NCBI GenBank assembly: GCA_016302405.1 | Contig: JAEDNR010000001.1 | Span: 362-64,361 of the forward strand | Reading direction: 5' to 3' | Length of the DNA: 64,000 nucleotides | From: Oscillospiraceae bacterium | GTDB taxonomy: Bacteria; Bacillota; Clostridia; Oscillospirales; Oscillospiraceae | Shown here: piece by piece, positions 41,168 through 50,540 of the stretch | How the letters are laid out: every line of letters starts with the position of its first letter | Position numbering within the stretch: position 1 is the first letter of the stretch | Made by a program: the position numbers and the translations under genes | Notes under the pieces: generated by a model | Database searches by the model: none | What the model was told of the DNA's origin: nothing | What the model saw: the letters and a program-made list of their open reading frames with translations, nothing else

Positions 41168-41877
41168 CAGGTCTGGAAACGCTTCAGCAGTGGGTTAAGG
41201 AGAGCAATCGCATCGTCTTTTTCGGCGGCGCGGGAGTGAGTACGGAATCCGGTATTCCCGACTTTCGCAGTGTGGACGGGCTGTACCACCAGAAATTTGA
41301 ATATCCGCCGGAAACCATTATCAGCCACAGCTTTTATGTCAAAAATCCGGAGTATTTCTTCCGGTTTTACCGGGAGAAAATGCTGCCTCTGGGGTTTGAG
41401 CCGAACATTACCCACAAAAAGCTTGCCCAGTGGGAGCAGGCGGGAAAGCTCCAGGCTGTGGTGACCCAGAATATTGATGGTCTCCACCAGAAAGCCGGTT
41501 CCCGGAAGGTATATGAGCTCCATGGCTCGGTGCTCCGCAATTACTGCACCCGCTGCGGTAAGTTTTTTTCCGCGGAATTTGTGAAGAACGGGGTTGGTGT
41601 GCCCCACTGCGACTGCGGCGGGATCGTCAAGCCGGATGTGGTTCTGTATGAGGAGGGCCTGGATCAGGAAGTGATCGCGAAAAGTGTCCACGCCATCCGG
41701 AACGCGGATATGCTGATCGTAGGCGGAACCAGCCTGACGGTATATCCGGCGGCGGGGCTCATTCAGTACTATCGGGGAGACCGGCTGGTACTTATCAACC
41801 GGGATGCTACACCCTATGACGATCAGGCTGACCTGGTTCTCCATGAGAGCCTGGGAGAGGTCTTTTCTCAGCTTTGA
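41164..41877 (+). CDS. cobB: NAD-dependent protein deacylase (sirtuin)
   Basis: 'GAGVSTESGIPDFR', 'TQNIDGLH', two Cys pairs. Confidence 0.93.
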   Translation: MTGLETLQQWVKESNRIVFFGGAGVSTESGIPDFRSVDGLYHQKFEYPPETIISHSFYVKNPEYFFRFYREKMLPLGFEPNITHKKLAQWEQAGKLQAVVTQNIDGLHQKAGSRKVYELHGSVLRNYCTRCGKFFSAEFVKNGVGVPHCDCGGIVKPDVVLYEEGLDQEVIAKSVHAIRNADMLIVGGTSLTVYPAAGLIQYYRGDRLVLINRDATPYDDQADLVLHESLGEVFSQL

Positions 41878-41930
41878 CAGAAAAGAGGCTGCCGCCGCGC
41901 TTTTTCACATGCGCGGCGGCAGCCGGTTTT

Positions 41931-43157
41931 TTATCTTTTCATGATACGCCAGGTGTAGTACATCTTCACCGATGTGGAGACCAGGAGAATGCCTACAGCT
42001 ATGATCCCCGCGATGGCGGCGGTATACATACCCTGGGCGGCAAACTGCTCCATTTCCCCCCGGACAGCATAGAGCATGGTGCGGTACACACCGGCACCGG
42101 GGATCAGGGGGAAGATGGAAACCACAAGATAGGAGATTGCCGGGTATTTTCGCACCCGGGCCAGAATCTCGGCGTACACGGCGGAGAAGAACGCGGCCCA
42201 GAAATAGCCGGTCAGCTCCGTAAGACCGTACTGAACGCACAGGTAGTAGACAGCCCAGGCAATTACCCCGCCCAATGCACACAGCAGGCCGCCGGGACCG
42301 TGGATATTGAACTGGATGGCAAAGCCAATGCACCCGACGAAAGTGGCAAGGCAAAGCACGGGAAAGGGCGCCATATAGGAAGCGGCGTCCGCGGGCTCCC
42401 GCCAGAACCTGCAGATGATGTTCCAGCCGGCGGCGGTTCCCAGGGCAATGGCCACCGCAACGAGAAACACCTGGACGATCCGGTTGATGCCGGAATTCGT
42501 GTCCCCGAAAATAATATCCCGCATGGCGTTGGTGAAGAGCAGACCGGGAACCAGGATCATCAGGGCGCCGATAATGACACCGTCGGTGTGGCGGGCCAGT
42601 CCCAGATTTACCATGGAGTAAGCGGCAACAGCCATGAGAAAAGCGGAGGCAAGGGTGGAAAAGAACGGATTCACTTTCAGGTAGGACATGGCTTTCTGCA
42701 CCAGACCGATAAGGACGCCGCACAGTCCCGCGCACAGGGCGTCGATAAGGTCGCAGCCGAAAAGCACCCCGAATCCGGCGCCGCCGGCGAAGTAGCCAAG
42801 CATATTGCCGGAGGCGGAATAGGTTCGGGCGGTGGCAAGAACATGCTTCAGCCACCCGGTGGCTTCCTCCGGCTTGGGATGCCGGCTGCAAATGGCCCGG
42901 CTCAGACCGTTGAGCCGTTCCACGGCGTCCAGGTCGTTGCTGTGGAAGCCAATCCGCCGCATTCTCGTTATGGGCTTGCCGGTGTCGGTGAGGATGCTCA
43001 CCACCAGAAAGTTGGGGATGGCAAACACATCAGCCTCCACACCAAAGCTTTCCAGAATCCTGTGAACACTGTCCTCCACCCGGAAGGTCTCCGCGCCCGC
43101 CATGGCAAGCTCATAGCCCACATCCGTGGCCAGGTCAAGAATGGTATTGTAATCCAT
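41931..43157 (-). CDS. Threonine/serine exporter family protein (fused ThrE + ThrE_2)
   Basis: 'GAETFRVED', 'LVPGLLFTNAMRD', 'PLIPG'. Confidence 0.88.
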   Translation of the reverse strand: MDYNTILDLATDVGYELAMAGAETFRVEDSVHRILESFGVEADVFAIPNFLVVSILTDTGKPITRMRRIGFHSNDLDAVERLNGLSRAICSRHPKPEEATGWLKHVLATARTYSASGNMLGYFAGGAGFGVLFGCDLIDALCAGLCGVLIGLVQKAMSYLKVNPFFSTLASAFLMAVAAYSMVNLGLARHTDGVIIGALMILVPGLLFTNAMRDIIFGDTNSGINRIVQVFLVAVAIALGTAAGWNIICRFWREPADAASYMAPFPVLCLATFVGCIGFAIQFNIHGPGGLLCALGGVIAWAVYYLCVQYGLTELTGYFWAAFFSAVYAEILARVRKYPAISYLVVSIFPLIPGAGVYRTMLYAVRGEMEQFAAQGMYTAAIAGIIAVGILLVSTSVKMYYTWRIMKR

Positions 43158-43187
43158 TGGGTCACCGCCTGCAGTTTTTCTTGCGTT

Positions 43188-43496
43188 AGGAACCTCTGAA
43201 CAAATCGCCTTCGGCTGCGCAGCGGATCTTTTGCTCCCGAAGTGCAGTTTGGAAAATCGGAAATACGTACAGTATTCCTCGCTTTTCCAAACTTTCTGAG
43301 GAAACAAAATCTCTCGCTGTCAGCTCTCAGCGATTTACTGTGAAAGCTCCGCATTCACAGTAAAATTTAATGAAAGTGCCAGCGCCTCGCCCCTTTGCGG
43401 GGCAACCGGCGCTGATGCACATAAATCCCCATGCGTGAACAGTTTTCATTATTCCTGGCGCGATTTCTTCGCATGGGGATTTTTTCAGAACTTCCC
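43188..43496. repeat. MITE-like or highly structured element upstream of the ThrE gene
   Basis: Imperfect 19-bp terminal inverted repeat (15/19) enclosing several hairpins. Confidence 0.55.
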
Positions 43497-43583
43497 TCAG
43501 TATACCATATCCAACCGGGAATGCAAGAGGATTTTTTGGGGAAACAAAGACCCGGAGCAGCCTTTCAGATGCTCCGGGCAATG

Positions 43584-46313
43584 CTATTTTATAAGGGACT
43601 TCCGGTCAATAGACACGTTAGCGCACTCGTTGGTATGGATATGGTCGTCGCCGTTATCGTGGATATTGCAGTCGGTGAAGGAAACATCCTGGCAGTTCCA
43701 GAGGCTCGCCGCGCTGCTTTCGCAGTGGTGGATTTCGGTGCCTGTGACGGTCATTCCGGTGCAGAGGCTGGCATCGATTCCGATGACACCGCAGCCAAAG
43801 AGGGAGCAATTCTTTACCGTGATTTCATCTGTCCGGTAAAATCCCAGCACATTTCCGGTGCAGCTGCCCAGACCGTCAATATGTCCCGCGGTAAAGCCCT
43901 CCAGGGTGATGCCGGTGCAGCTTTGGAAACGGAGCACATCGGCGTACCGGGGGGAGGTTTCGATCTGCACCCGGGAAGGATCCTTTGCCACAATGGTCAG
44001 ATTGTCCACATACCGGATTTCCAAGGTATAGCCGTCGAATTCCTCGGCCCAACGGTAATAGTCTCCGCCCAGCTGGCCGTAGTTTGAAGCCTCACTGAGG
44101 GTGTAGGTCCCGGGCTGGAGAAGGATGGTGGTGTCGGGGCCGATGGCAGCGATCAATTCATCCACGGTAGAAACCGTTGCGACGCCATCCTGGACGATTG
44201 TGCTTTTCTCAGCATCCAGGGTGGGCCGCGCTTTGGGCTCCCAGTTTACATTCTCCGAAAGGGTCATTTTCATCAGCGCCTGGTTTTCCAGGGCTTTCCC
44301 GCTGCCGTCCACGGCCAAAACCGCGGGGGTGTCCATATCCTCGGGGAACAGGTTGGTCTGAGCAAAGGCACAGCCGTCAAAGGTAATAGGCATCCGGTCG
44401 GAATCGTAGATGCCGGTGGAGAAGGTGCAGTTATCCGTCTGCACCCCGCCGAAATACACATCCTGGGCATTATTATTAGCGGAAACCAGATAGTCCGTTT
44501 CGTTATTGCGGACGGCGGTGTTGGTCACGGCTATGCTGGCCGACTGCTGGATGGTGAAAAGCCCCTGATAGCCTGTGCAGTCATCCACAGCGCAGGAATC
44601 AAACCGGACATTGTAGCATTCGTAGATTCCAGCGGCACCCAGACTGCAGTCGTAAATATGGGTATTATGTACCAGCATGTTCTCGCAGTTCCAGGCCTCT
44701 ACGCCCATGGTGCCGCAGCCGTACAGGCCGCAGCCCTCGATCACCACATCGTCCGTGAAACAGAAGCCGAAGACCGCGCCTACGCAGGTGCCTGCTCCCT
44801 CGGTGTGTCCGGCGGTGAGACTGGTAATGGTGATCCCGGTGCATCCGGAAAACCGCAGCACCTCGGAGTACCGGGGCTGGGAACAGAGGATGGTCCCCGC
44901 GCCGGACTCGGACCGGATGGTCAGATTATCCACCCCGTTGACCACCAGACCGTAGCCGTCAACCCCGTTATTCTCCCAGAGCAGGTAGTCGGAGCGGGGA
45001 CGGGTCTCGGCAATATCTTCTATGGGGTAGTCCGATGCCTGGGTCAGCTCGTAGGTGCCCGGAGCCAGGAGAATGGTGGTATTGGGGGCAATGGCAGTGA
45101 GCAGCTCGTCCACGGTGGAAACATACACAACGTCCTCTTCCCCGGAATCTTTGGAAGCCGTTTCCGTCTGAGGGGCAGCCTTCGTTTCGGCGGGAACGGC
45201 TGTCTGGGGCGGTTCCTCCGTGGGCTCTGCCTGACGGACGGGGCCGGACGCGACGGCACAGCCTGTCAGCACCAGGGAAAGACACAGGGTCAGGATCATG
45301 GTTGGGACGGAGCTTCCCCGATAGTCCATAATTCGCCCCAGCCGTTCTTTCAGATCCTGCTTTTCCGTGGCAAAGGAGGTGGCGATCACCTGCTTCGGCA
45401 GAGCGCGGTCACAGGCAAGCTCCAGCAGGGTCTGCCCGTAGCTTTGCTTTTCCTGTGGGGTCATGGATTTAAGCAAGAGCTCGTCACAGCTCAATTCACA
45501 CTGCCGGTCCAGCTGCCGCCGGGCAATCCAGACAAAGGGATTGAACCAGTGAATGCAGCCGGTCAGGGCGGCAGCCCACTTGCACAGCACATCCCGGCGG
45601 CGGTAGTGGGTCAATTCGTGGCGGAGGATGTTTTCCAGCATTTCTTTTGTATATGCTCTGTCCGGCAGAATCAGCCGGGGGGACAAAAGCCCCAGCTGCA
45701 TGGGGGAGCTGACGCAGGGGCTGCGCCAAAGCTGAAGCCGATCTTTGCCGCCCAATGCCTGGAAAACCTGCCGGTCCGGCTGTTCCGGCTGCCGCAGGGT
45801 GCGGTTCAGTACCCAGGAAAACCGCAGATAACTGACAATGTAGAGCCCTGCGCAGACTGCTGCTCCGGCGGCCCACAGGATCAGAAGGCGTTGGGAAAGA
45901 GACAGTCCGCTCTGTTCCGGTGTGGGGTCGGTCACGTCAGGGACATCCACGGAAGCTGTATGTATCGTTTCCGTCCGGGTATCCGCTTCCGTTCCGGAAA
46001 GAATCCCATGGGTGTCTTCTGCAGGATCTTTTTCCGCAGGCGTGAAAGCTTCGGATTTTTCGGGGTGCTCCCGGAGGGCCTGAACGGAGGATCGCAGCGC
46101 CTGGGGGGTGCGGACAGCCTGGGCTGTTTCCGGGGAAACCCGGAAGATGCCGGGAACCGGCAGCGCAAAGCGCAGCAGCACCAGAAGCCAGGCGCAGTAG
46201 CAGAAGGTCCGGGGAAGCTTTTTGCGGAAGATCAGCTGGATCAGCAGCACCAGTACCGTCATCACGCTGCCGCCCAGGGTCAGAAAAAGCAATGTATTGA
46301 GAAAGTCATGCAT
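43584..46313 (-). CDS. BlaR1/M56 family metallopeptidase with two C-terminal parallel beta-helix-like repeats
   Basis: 'LRHELTH', 'HWFNP', 'ELSCDE'; repeated 'VSTVDEL..AI.P.TTILL.PGTY.L'. Confidence 0.9.
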   Translation of the reverse strand: MHDFLNTLLFLTLGGSVMTVLVLLIQLIFRKKLPRTFCYCAWLLVLLRFALPVPGIFRVSPETAQAVRTPQALRSSVQALREHPEKSEAFTPAEKDPAEDTHGILSGTEADTRTETIHTASVDVPDVTDPTPEQSGLSLSQRLLILWAAGAAVCAGLYIVSYLRFSWVLNRTLRQPEQPDRQVFQALGGKDRLQLWRSPCVSSPMQLGLLSPRLILPDRAYTKEMLENILRHELTHYRRRDVLCKWAAALTGCIHWFNPFVWIARRQLDRQCELSCDELLLKSMTPQEKQSYGQTLLELACDRALPKQVIATSFATEKQDLKERLGRIMDYRGSSVPTMILTLCLSLVLTGCAVASGPVRQAEPTEEPPQTAVPAETKAAPQTETASKDSGEEDVVYVSTVDELLTAIAPNTTILLAPGTYELTQASDYPIEDIAETRPRSDYLLWENNGVDGYGLVVNGVDNLTIRSESGAGTILCSQPRYSEVLRFSGCTGITITSLTAGHTEGAGTCVGAVFGFCFTDDVVIEGCGLYGCGTMGVEAWNCENMLVHNTHIYDCSLGAAGIYECYNVRFDSCAVDDCTGYQGLFTIQQSASIAVTNTAVRNNETDYLVSANNNAQDVYFGGVQTDNCTFSTGIYDSDRMPITFDGCAFAQTNLFPEDMDTPAVLAVDGSGKALENQALMKMTLSENVNWEPKARPTLDAEKSTIVQDGVATVSTVDELIAAIGPDTTILLQPGTYTLSEASNYGQLGGDYYRWAEEFDGYTLEIRYVDNLTIVAKDPSRVQIETSPRYADVLRFQSCTGITLEGFTAGHIDGLGSCTGNVLGFYRTDEITVKNCSLFGCGVIGIDASLCTGMTVTGTEIHHCESSAASLWNCQDVSFTDCNIHDNGDDHIHTNECANVSIDRKSLIK

Positions 46314-46695
46314 CTTCCGCGCCCTCCACATGAAAGGACTTCCGCAGTTCCTCCACATCCGCCTGGGACAGGCTGTCGGAGTGGATGAGGGCGGCTACCA
46401 GGTTTTTTGCGCTGCCCCGGTAAAGCCTGCGGATCAGATCGCCGGTTGCCCATTCGTTGTATTCCTCCCGGCTGACCAGGGGGGTATAGATAAAATACCG
46501 CTGCTTCTGCTGGGCCAGCGCGCCCTTGTTGCAAAGCCGCTGCACCAGGGTCTTGATGGTAGTGGATTCCCAGCCCATCCGGGCCTGAAGGGTTTCCCGG
46601 ATCTCGGTAATTGACAGAGGACGCCCGGCGTCCCACAGGACCCGCATGACCTCCAGCTCCGAATCGCTGATTTTTGCTGCCGGATGATTGTCCAT
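46306..46695 (-). CDS. BlaI/MecI/CopY family transcriptional repressor
   Basis: 'ISDSELEVMRVLW', 'WESTTIKTLVQRL', 'YTPLVSREEY'. Confidence 0.93.
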   Translation of the reverse strand: MDNHPAAKISDSELEVMRVLWDAGRPLSITEIRETLQARMGWESTTIKTLVQRLCNKGALAQQKQRYFIYTPLVSREEYNEWATGDLIRRLYRGSAKNLVAALIHSDSLSQADVEELRKSFHVEGAEDA

Positions 46696-46730
46696 TGGTT
46701 TTCCTCCTTTTGTCGTCTGGGTGTCAGGAA

Positions 46731-46889
46731 TCACTGAAGCCGGTATCCGGCACGGATCCAGGTCAGGATCTGGGACCAGAAGTCCGTTTCCCGGGCAGTA
46801 TATTGGCTTGCCCCGCGGAGCACCTCAAAGGATACGATCTTCTGTTTCTCATCAATCCAGGCATATTTCACTGGTTCATTTTGGCTCAT
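46731..46889 (-). CDS. Small hypothetical protein, first gene of the blaI/blaR-like operon
   Basis: 52 aa, RBS GGAGG, lies between the promoter and blaI. Confidence 0.65.
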   Translation of the reverse strand: MSQNEPVKYAWIDEKQKIVSFEVLRGASQYTARETDFWSQILTWIRAGYRLQ

Positions 46890-46921
46890 GATGGGGCCTC
46901 CTTCCAATTTCCGGTAAAACA

Positions 46922-46950
46922 ATCCTAGCACAGTAGACTACATCTGTCAA
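46922..46950 (-). promoter_or_regulatory. Promoter with a BlaI-type operator
   Basis: TTGACA-N17-TAGGAT; TACAtcTGTC (one mismatch from TACAnnTGTA) overlaps the -35 and spacer. Confidence 0.6.
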
Positions 46951-47037
46951 CTCTATTTCCGTTTCTTAATCGGATCTTAAAAATCCCCGGAACGGCGAAA
47001 TGGCCGTCCCGGGGGATCGGATGAAGTGATTGTATGG

Positions 47038-47886
47038 TTACGCTTCTTTGCGGACAAAGAGGACGCCCAGTGTGCCGGGGCCGCAGTGGCAGGATACGGT
47101 GCAGCCGGCATCGGTCTCATAGATATTGTCAAACTGACCGCATTCCCTGACTGCCTCCCGCACGGCCTCCAGACACACGTCGGAAACCGGTGTGTGGGTG
47201 ATGAACAGAGTGCCCCGGTCAATATCCTCCCGATTTCCCAGACGGTCTTTCACATAGCTGCTCAGGCACCGGTCATATTTGCCCCGGTACTTTTTGACCA
47301 CAGTCATTTTGCCGTCCTTTACCTCAATGCTGGGCTTCAGGTTCAGAAGGTTCGCACCCAGGGCCGCGGCGCTGGAGCACCGGCCGCCTTTGACCATGTA
47401 TTCCAGCTTGTCCAGGACAAAGCTGGCCTCCACCCGGGAAGTAAAAGCATCCAGGTCCGCTTTCAGCTGATCCAGGCTTTCGGTGGTTTTTGCCAGCTCA
47501 CAGGCTTTCAGCACTACGAGGCCCTGGCCGGTGGACAGGTTCCGGGAATCCACCACCCGGACATTTTCAAAGTCCTGGGCGGCGATGCAGGCGTTCTGAT
47601 AGCTGGAGGAAAATTCCGAGCTGATATTGATATGGAGGATCCCGTCATAATTTGCGGCATACTGGGAAAAGGCTTCCTGATAGGTGGCGACGCTGCGGGC
47701 GGCAGTGGAACACAGGCTTCCGCCGGCTGCCACATGGTCAAAAATGTCCTGGGGAGTAATGGTCTGCCCGTCCAGATATTCCTGATTGTCCTTGACAACG
47801 ATCAGGGGAATGATCCCAATATCGTACTGGCGGACCAGGGCGGGGGAAAGGTCGCAGGTGCTGTCAGACAGAATTTTGATTTTCAT
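47038..47886 (-). CDS. DegV family fatty-acid-binding protein
   Basis: 'SDSTCDL', 'VVDSRNLSTG', 'KGGRCS', 'HCGPG'. Confidence 0.93.
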   Translation of the reverse strand: MKIKILSDSTCDLSPALVRQYDIGIIPLIVVKDNQEYLDGQTITPQDIFDHVAAGGSLCSTAARSVATYQEAFSQYAANYDGILHINISSEFSSSYQNACIAAQDFENVRVVDSRNLSTGQGLVVLKACELAKTTESLDQLKADLDAFTSRVEASFVLDKLEYMVKGGRCSSAAALGANLLNLKPSIEVKDGKMTVVKKYRGKYDRCLSSYVKDRLGNREDIDRGTLFITHTPVSDVCLEAVREAVRECGQFDNIYETDAGCTVSCHCGPGTLGVLFVRKEA

Positions 47887-47913
47887 GTTCAATTCCTTTC
47901 TTCACAGAAGCGT

Positions 47914-48273
47914 TCAGGTTCCGGCAGGGTCACCGGACATCATAAAGAAGGTGGGCTCAATATTCTTTTTCCGCAGGTATTCCGCACCCCAGTCACGCAT
48001 GGCGGTGAGGATGGGCAGCAGGCTCCGCCCGGTCTGGGTGAGGGAGTATTCCACTTTGGGCGGGATTACAGGGTAGACCTCCCGGTGAATGAGCTTCTGG
48101 GCTTCCAGCTCCCGAAGCTGCTGTGTGAGCATTTTCGGCGTGGCACTGGTGATGGCCCGGTGCAGCTCGGAAAAACGCAGCTTTTTCTCGGCCAGGTGCC
48201 AGAGGATCAGGGCCTTGTATTTCCCGCCGATGAGATCCAGCGTCGTCTCCACGGGACATACATCACTGGACAT
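47914..48273 (-). CDS. HxlR family winged-helix regulator
   Basis: 'CPVETTLDLIGGKYK', 'PPKVEYSLT'. Confidence 0.92.
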   Translation of the reverse strand: MSSDVCPVETTLDLIGGKYKALILWHLAEKKLRFSELHRAITSATPKMLTQQLRELEAQKLIHREVYPVIPPKVEYSLTQTGRSLLPILTAMRDWGAEYLRKKNIEPTFFMMSGDPAGT

Positions 48274-48558
48274 GGCATAACCTCCCGACATTATGGTATC
48301 AAAAAAGGTAGTATAGTACAAAATAGTACATACTTGCCTTTTTCGCAGGATATGCTAGAATAATAGCATACCGGAAGAAAAGAGTCAATGCTGACTTGTT
48401 TCTAAAAATCGTTTCTGATTGAAAAACCAGGGATACCACTTTGTGAGCAGAGCAAAGAGGGTATGTGTATGCGGCTGTTTCGTCCGAAAACCTTTTCTGG
48501 ATCCGGGGAAGAATCCCCTGGACCGGAAACGATCAATATTATCAGGGAGGAAAAATAA

Positions 48559-48756
48559 ATGGAAACCGTAATCAAAGTAGAAGGTATGATGTGTACCCAC
48601 TGCAAGGCAAGAGTGGAGAAGGTCTGTTCCCAGGTCCCCGGCTGCACGGGAGCCGTGGCGGATCTTAACGCCAAAACCGTCACCGTCAGCGGCAGCGTGG
48701 ATGTGGAGGCGGTGAAAAAGGCCATCGCCGATGCCGGCTACGAGGTCGTGGGGTAA
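48559..48756 (+). CDS. Heavy-metal-associated domain chaperone (CopZ-like)
   Basis: GMMCTHC, 'AIADAGY'. Confidence 0.9.
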   Translation: METVIKVEGMMCTHCKARVEKVCSQVPGCTGAVADLNAKTVTVSGSVDVEAVKKAIADAGYEVVG

Positions 48757-48861
48757 GCCCCGTTCGAGCCGAAAATAACCGGGGGAAATCCTGAATAAGT
48801 CCTGAATATCGCCCTTTTGCTATGGTATACTGCTGTCAGACAAAAGGAAAGGGCGATGGCT

Positions 48862-48990
48862 ATGTATTCCATGCGGTATATTCAGGGACATGTTCAGGTG
48901 TATGATCAGAAAGGACGCTTCCTGTTTTCGGCGGACACCGAACGGGAAGCCAGAGAGGAGCTGGAAGCGCTTGCGGAATCTGCGGCTTGA
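48862..48990 (+). CDS. Small 42-aa protein not in the ORF track
   Basis: MYSMRYIQGHVQVYDQKGRFLFSADTEREAREELEALAESAA; purine-rich RBS; TGGTATACT -10 upstream. Confidence 0.65.
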   Translation: MYSMRYIQGHVQVYDQKGRFLFSADTEREAREELEALAESAA

Positions 48991-49705
48991 AATCTGTTAC
49001 GACGGTACCCGCTACCGGGGCTGGCAGCGTCTGCCGGGGACGGAAAATACCATCCAGGGAAAGCTGGAAGCGTGCCTTTCCCGCATTCTGGACCAGCCGG
49101 TCCAGGTTACCGGCAGCGGGCGCACCGATGCCGGTGTCCACGCTCTGGGCCAGACGGCAAATTTCCACTGCGAAAGCGATATGCCCGCGGAGGAGATTCT
49201 TTCTGCCCTGCGCCGGTATCTTCCGGAGGACATCGGCATACGCTCCTGCAGGGAGGTATCGGACCGGTTCCATGCCCGGCTCAGCGCCAGGGAGAAGACC
49301 TACCGCTACCGGCTCTGGACAGGGGACGAACCCTGCGTTTTTGAGAGGAAATATGTGACCGTGCTCCGGGAACCCCTGGATGAAGAAAAAATGGCCCGGG
49401 CGGCGGAGCTCTTGACAGGACGTCACGACTTTCGTGCTTTCTGCGCCAACAGCCATATGAAAAAATCCACAGTCCGGACGATCTGTGCGATCCGGCTGGA
49501 GCGAAACGGACCGGAGCTGGACATTTCCGTTACGGCGGACGGCTTTCTGTACAACATGATGCGCATTCTGGCAGGAACCCTCATTGAAGTGGGCAGGGGA
49601 GACCGGGATGCAGCGTCCATACCCGCCCTCTTTGGGGCGGCCCGGGCAGAAGCCGGATTTCTGGCCCCGGCCCAGGGCCTGTGTCTGATGGAGGTGATCT
49701 ATTGA
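48971..49705 (+). CDS. truA: tRNA pseudouridine(38-40) synthase
   Basis: 'YDGTRYRGWQ', 'GRTDAGVHA', 'GFLYNMMR'; TTG start inferred. Confidence 0.95.
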   Translation: MRNLRLEICYDGTRYRGWQRLPGTENTIQGKLEACLSRILDQPVQVTGSGRTDAGVHALGQTANFHCESDMPAEEILSALRRYLPEDIGIRSCREVSDRFHARLSAREKTYRYRLWTGDEPCVFERKYVTVLREPLDEEKMARAAELLTGRHDFRAFCANSHMKKSTVRTICAIRLERNGPELDISVTADGFLYNMMRILAGTLIEVGRGDRDAASIPALFGAARAEAGFLAPAQGLCLMEVIY

Positions 49706-50043
49706 ACATTCAGATTTTCGGAAAGAGCAAATCCTTTGATACCAAAAAAGCCGAGCGGTATTTTAAGGAGCGGCGGATCCCTTACCAGTCTGTGGATTTA
49801 ATCCGGTACGGCCTGTCCGGGCGGGAGTTCGACAGTGTGGTGAAAGCGGTGGGCGGTATTGACAATCTCATCGACTGGGACAGCAAAAGCCAGGAGGTCA
49901 CCAACATGCGCTACATGGACGATGCCCGGGCGAAAGAGGATAAGGTTTTTGAAGACCAGAGCCTCCTGCGCGCCCCCATTGTCCGCAACGGCCGTCAGGC
50001 CACCGTGGGCTACTGTCCCGAGGTCTGGGAGAAGTGGGTTTAA
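49702..50043 (+). CDS. ArsC/Spx-like family protein
   Basis: 'NIQIFGK...DTKKAERYFKER', 'PIVRNG'; RBS GGAGGTG before a TTG start. Confidence 0.85.
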   Translation: MNIQIFGKSKSFDTKKAERYFKERRIPYQSVDLIRYGLSGREFDSVVKAVGGIDNLIDWDSKSQEVTNMRYMDDARAKEDKVFEDQSLLRAPIVRNGRQATVGYCPEVWEKWV

Positions 50044-50086
50044 GAACCCCCGTAGACCCAATAGGCTGTAATTCGGTTGTACATGA

Positions 50087-50396
50087 TTTTCTTGCAGTAA
50101 TCGTTTAGCGCACTGGCGCGGCAGCGCCCCAAGGCTCCCTTGTGCAAAGGGAGCTGTCGCGAAGCGACTGAGGGATTGTGCAGTAAAACGTTTAATACTG
50201 ACAACAAATCAGCGAAAAGGGACTGTAAAGGACACTGTCCGTTCTGACGATAGGTAGATGTGGAAGTCCTCCGTTACAACCCCTCAGTCAGCTACGCTGA
50301 CAGCTCCCCTTACACAGGGGAGCCCTTGCCGTGTACCGCATCGGACCGCATACCATTCAAGGTAAAGTAGTCAGCTAAACGATCATTTATCATACA
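50087..50396. repeat. Cassette C: dif-like ends (left one degenerate) with a GGCTCCC...GGGAGC REP-like doublet
   Basis: ATCGTTTAGC (50100-109) / GCTAAACGAT (50374-83); inverted hairpin units at about 50131-50179 and 50277-50324. Confidence 0.75.
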
Positions 50397-50540
50397 TTTC
50401 CATGCCGTAACGGAATTGTTCCTGGAATTGAATACAGTTTTCTACAAAAGCGGTCCCGTAAATTCGGGGGCCGCTTTTTAGCGCATTCAGGAAGTTTTTC
50501 TTGCACTTTGTCCCCAAAAGTGGTATGCTAGGAGGAACGC

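Noticed and set aside
43188..43496. Glycine riboswitch or T-box upstream of thrE
   Set aside because: No tandem GGAGA...CCGAAG...CTCAGG aptamer pattern and no GGTGGNACC T-box.
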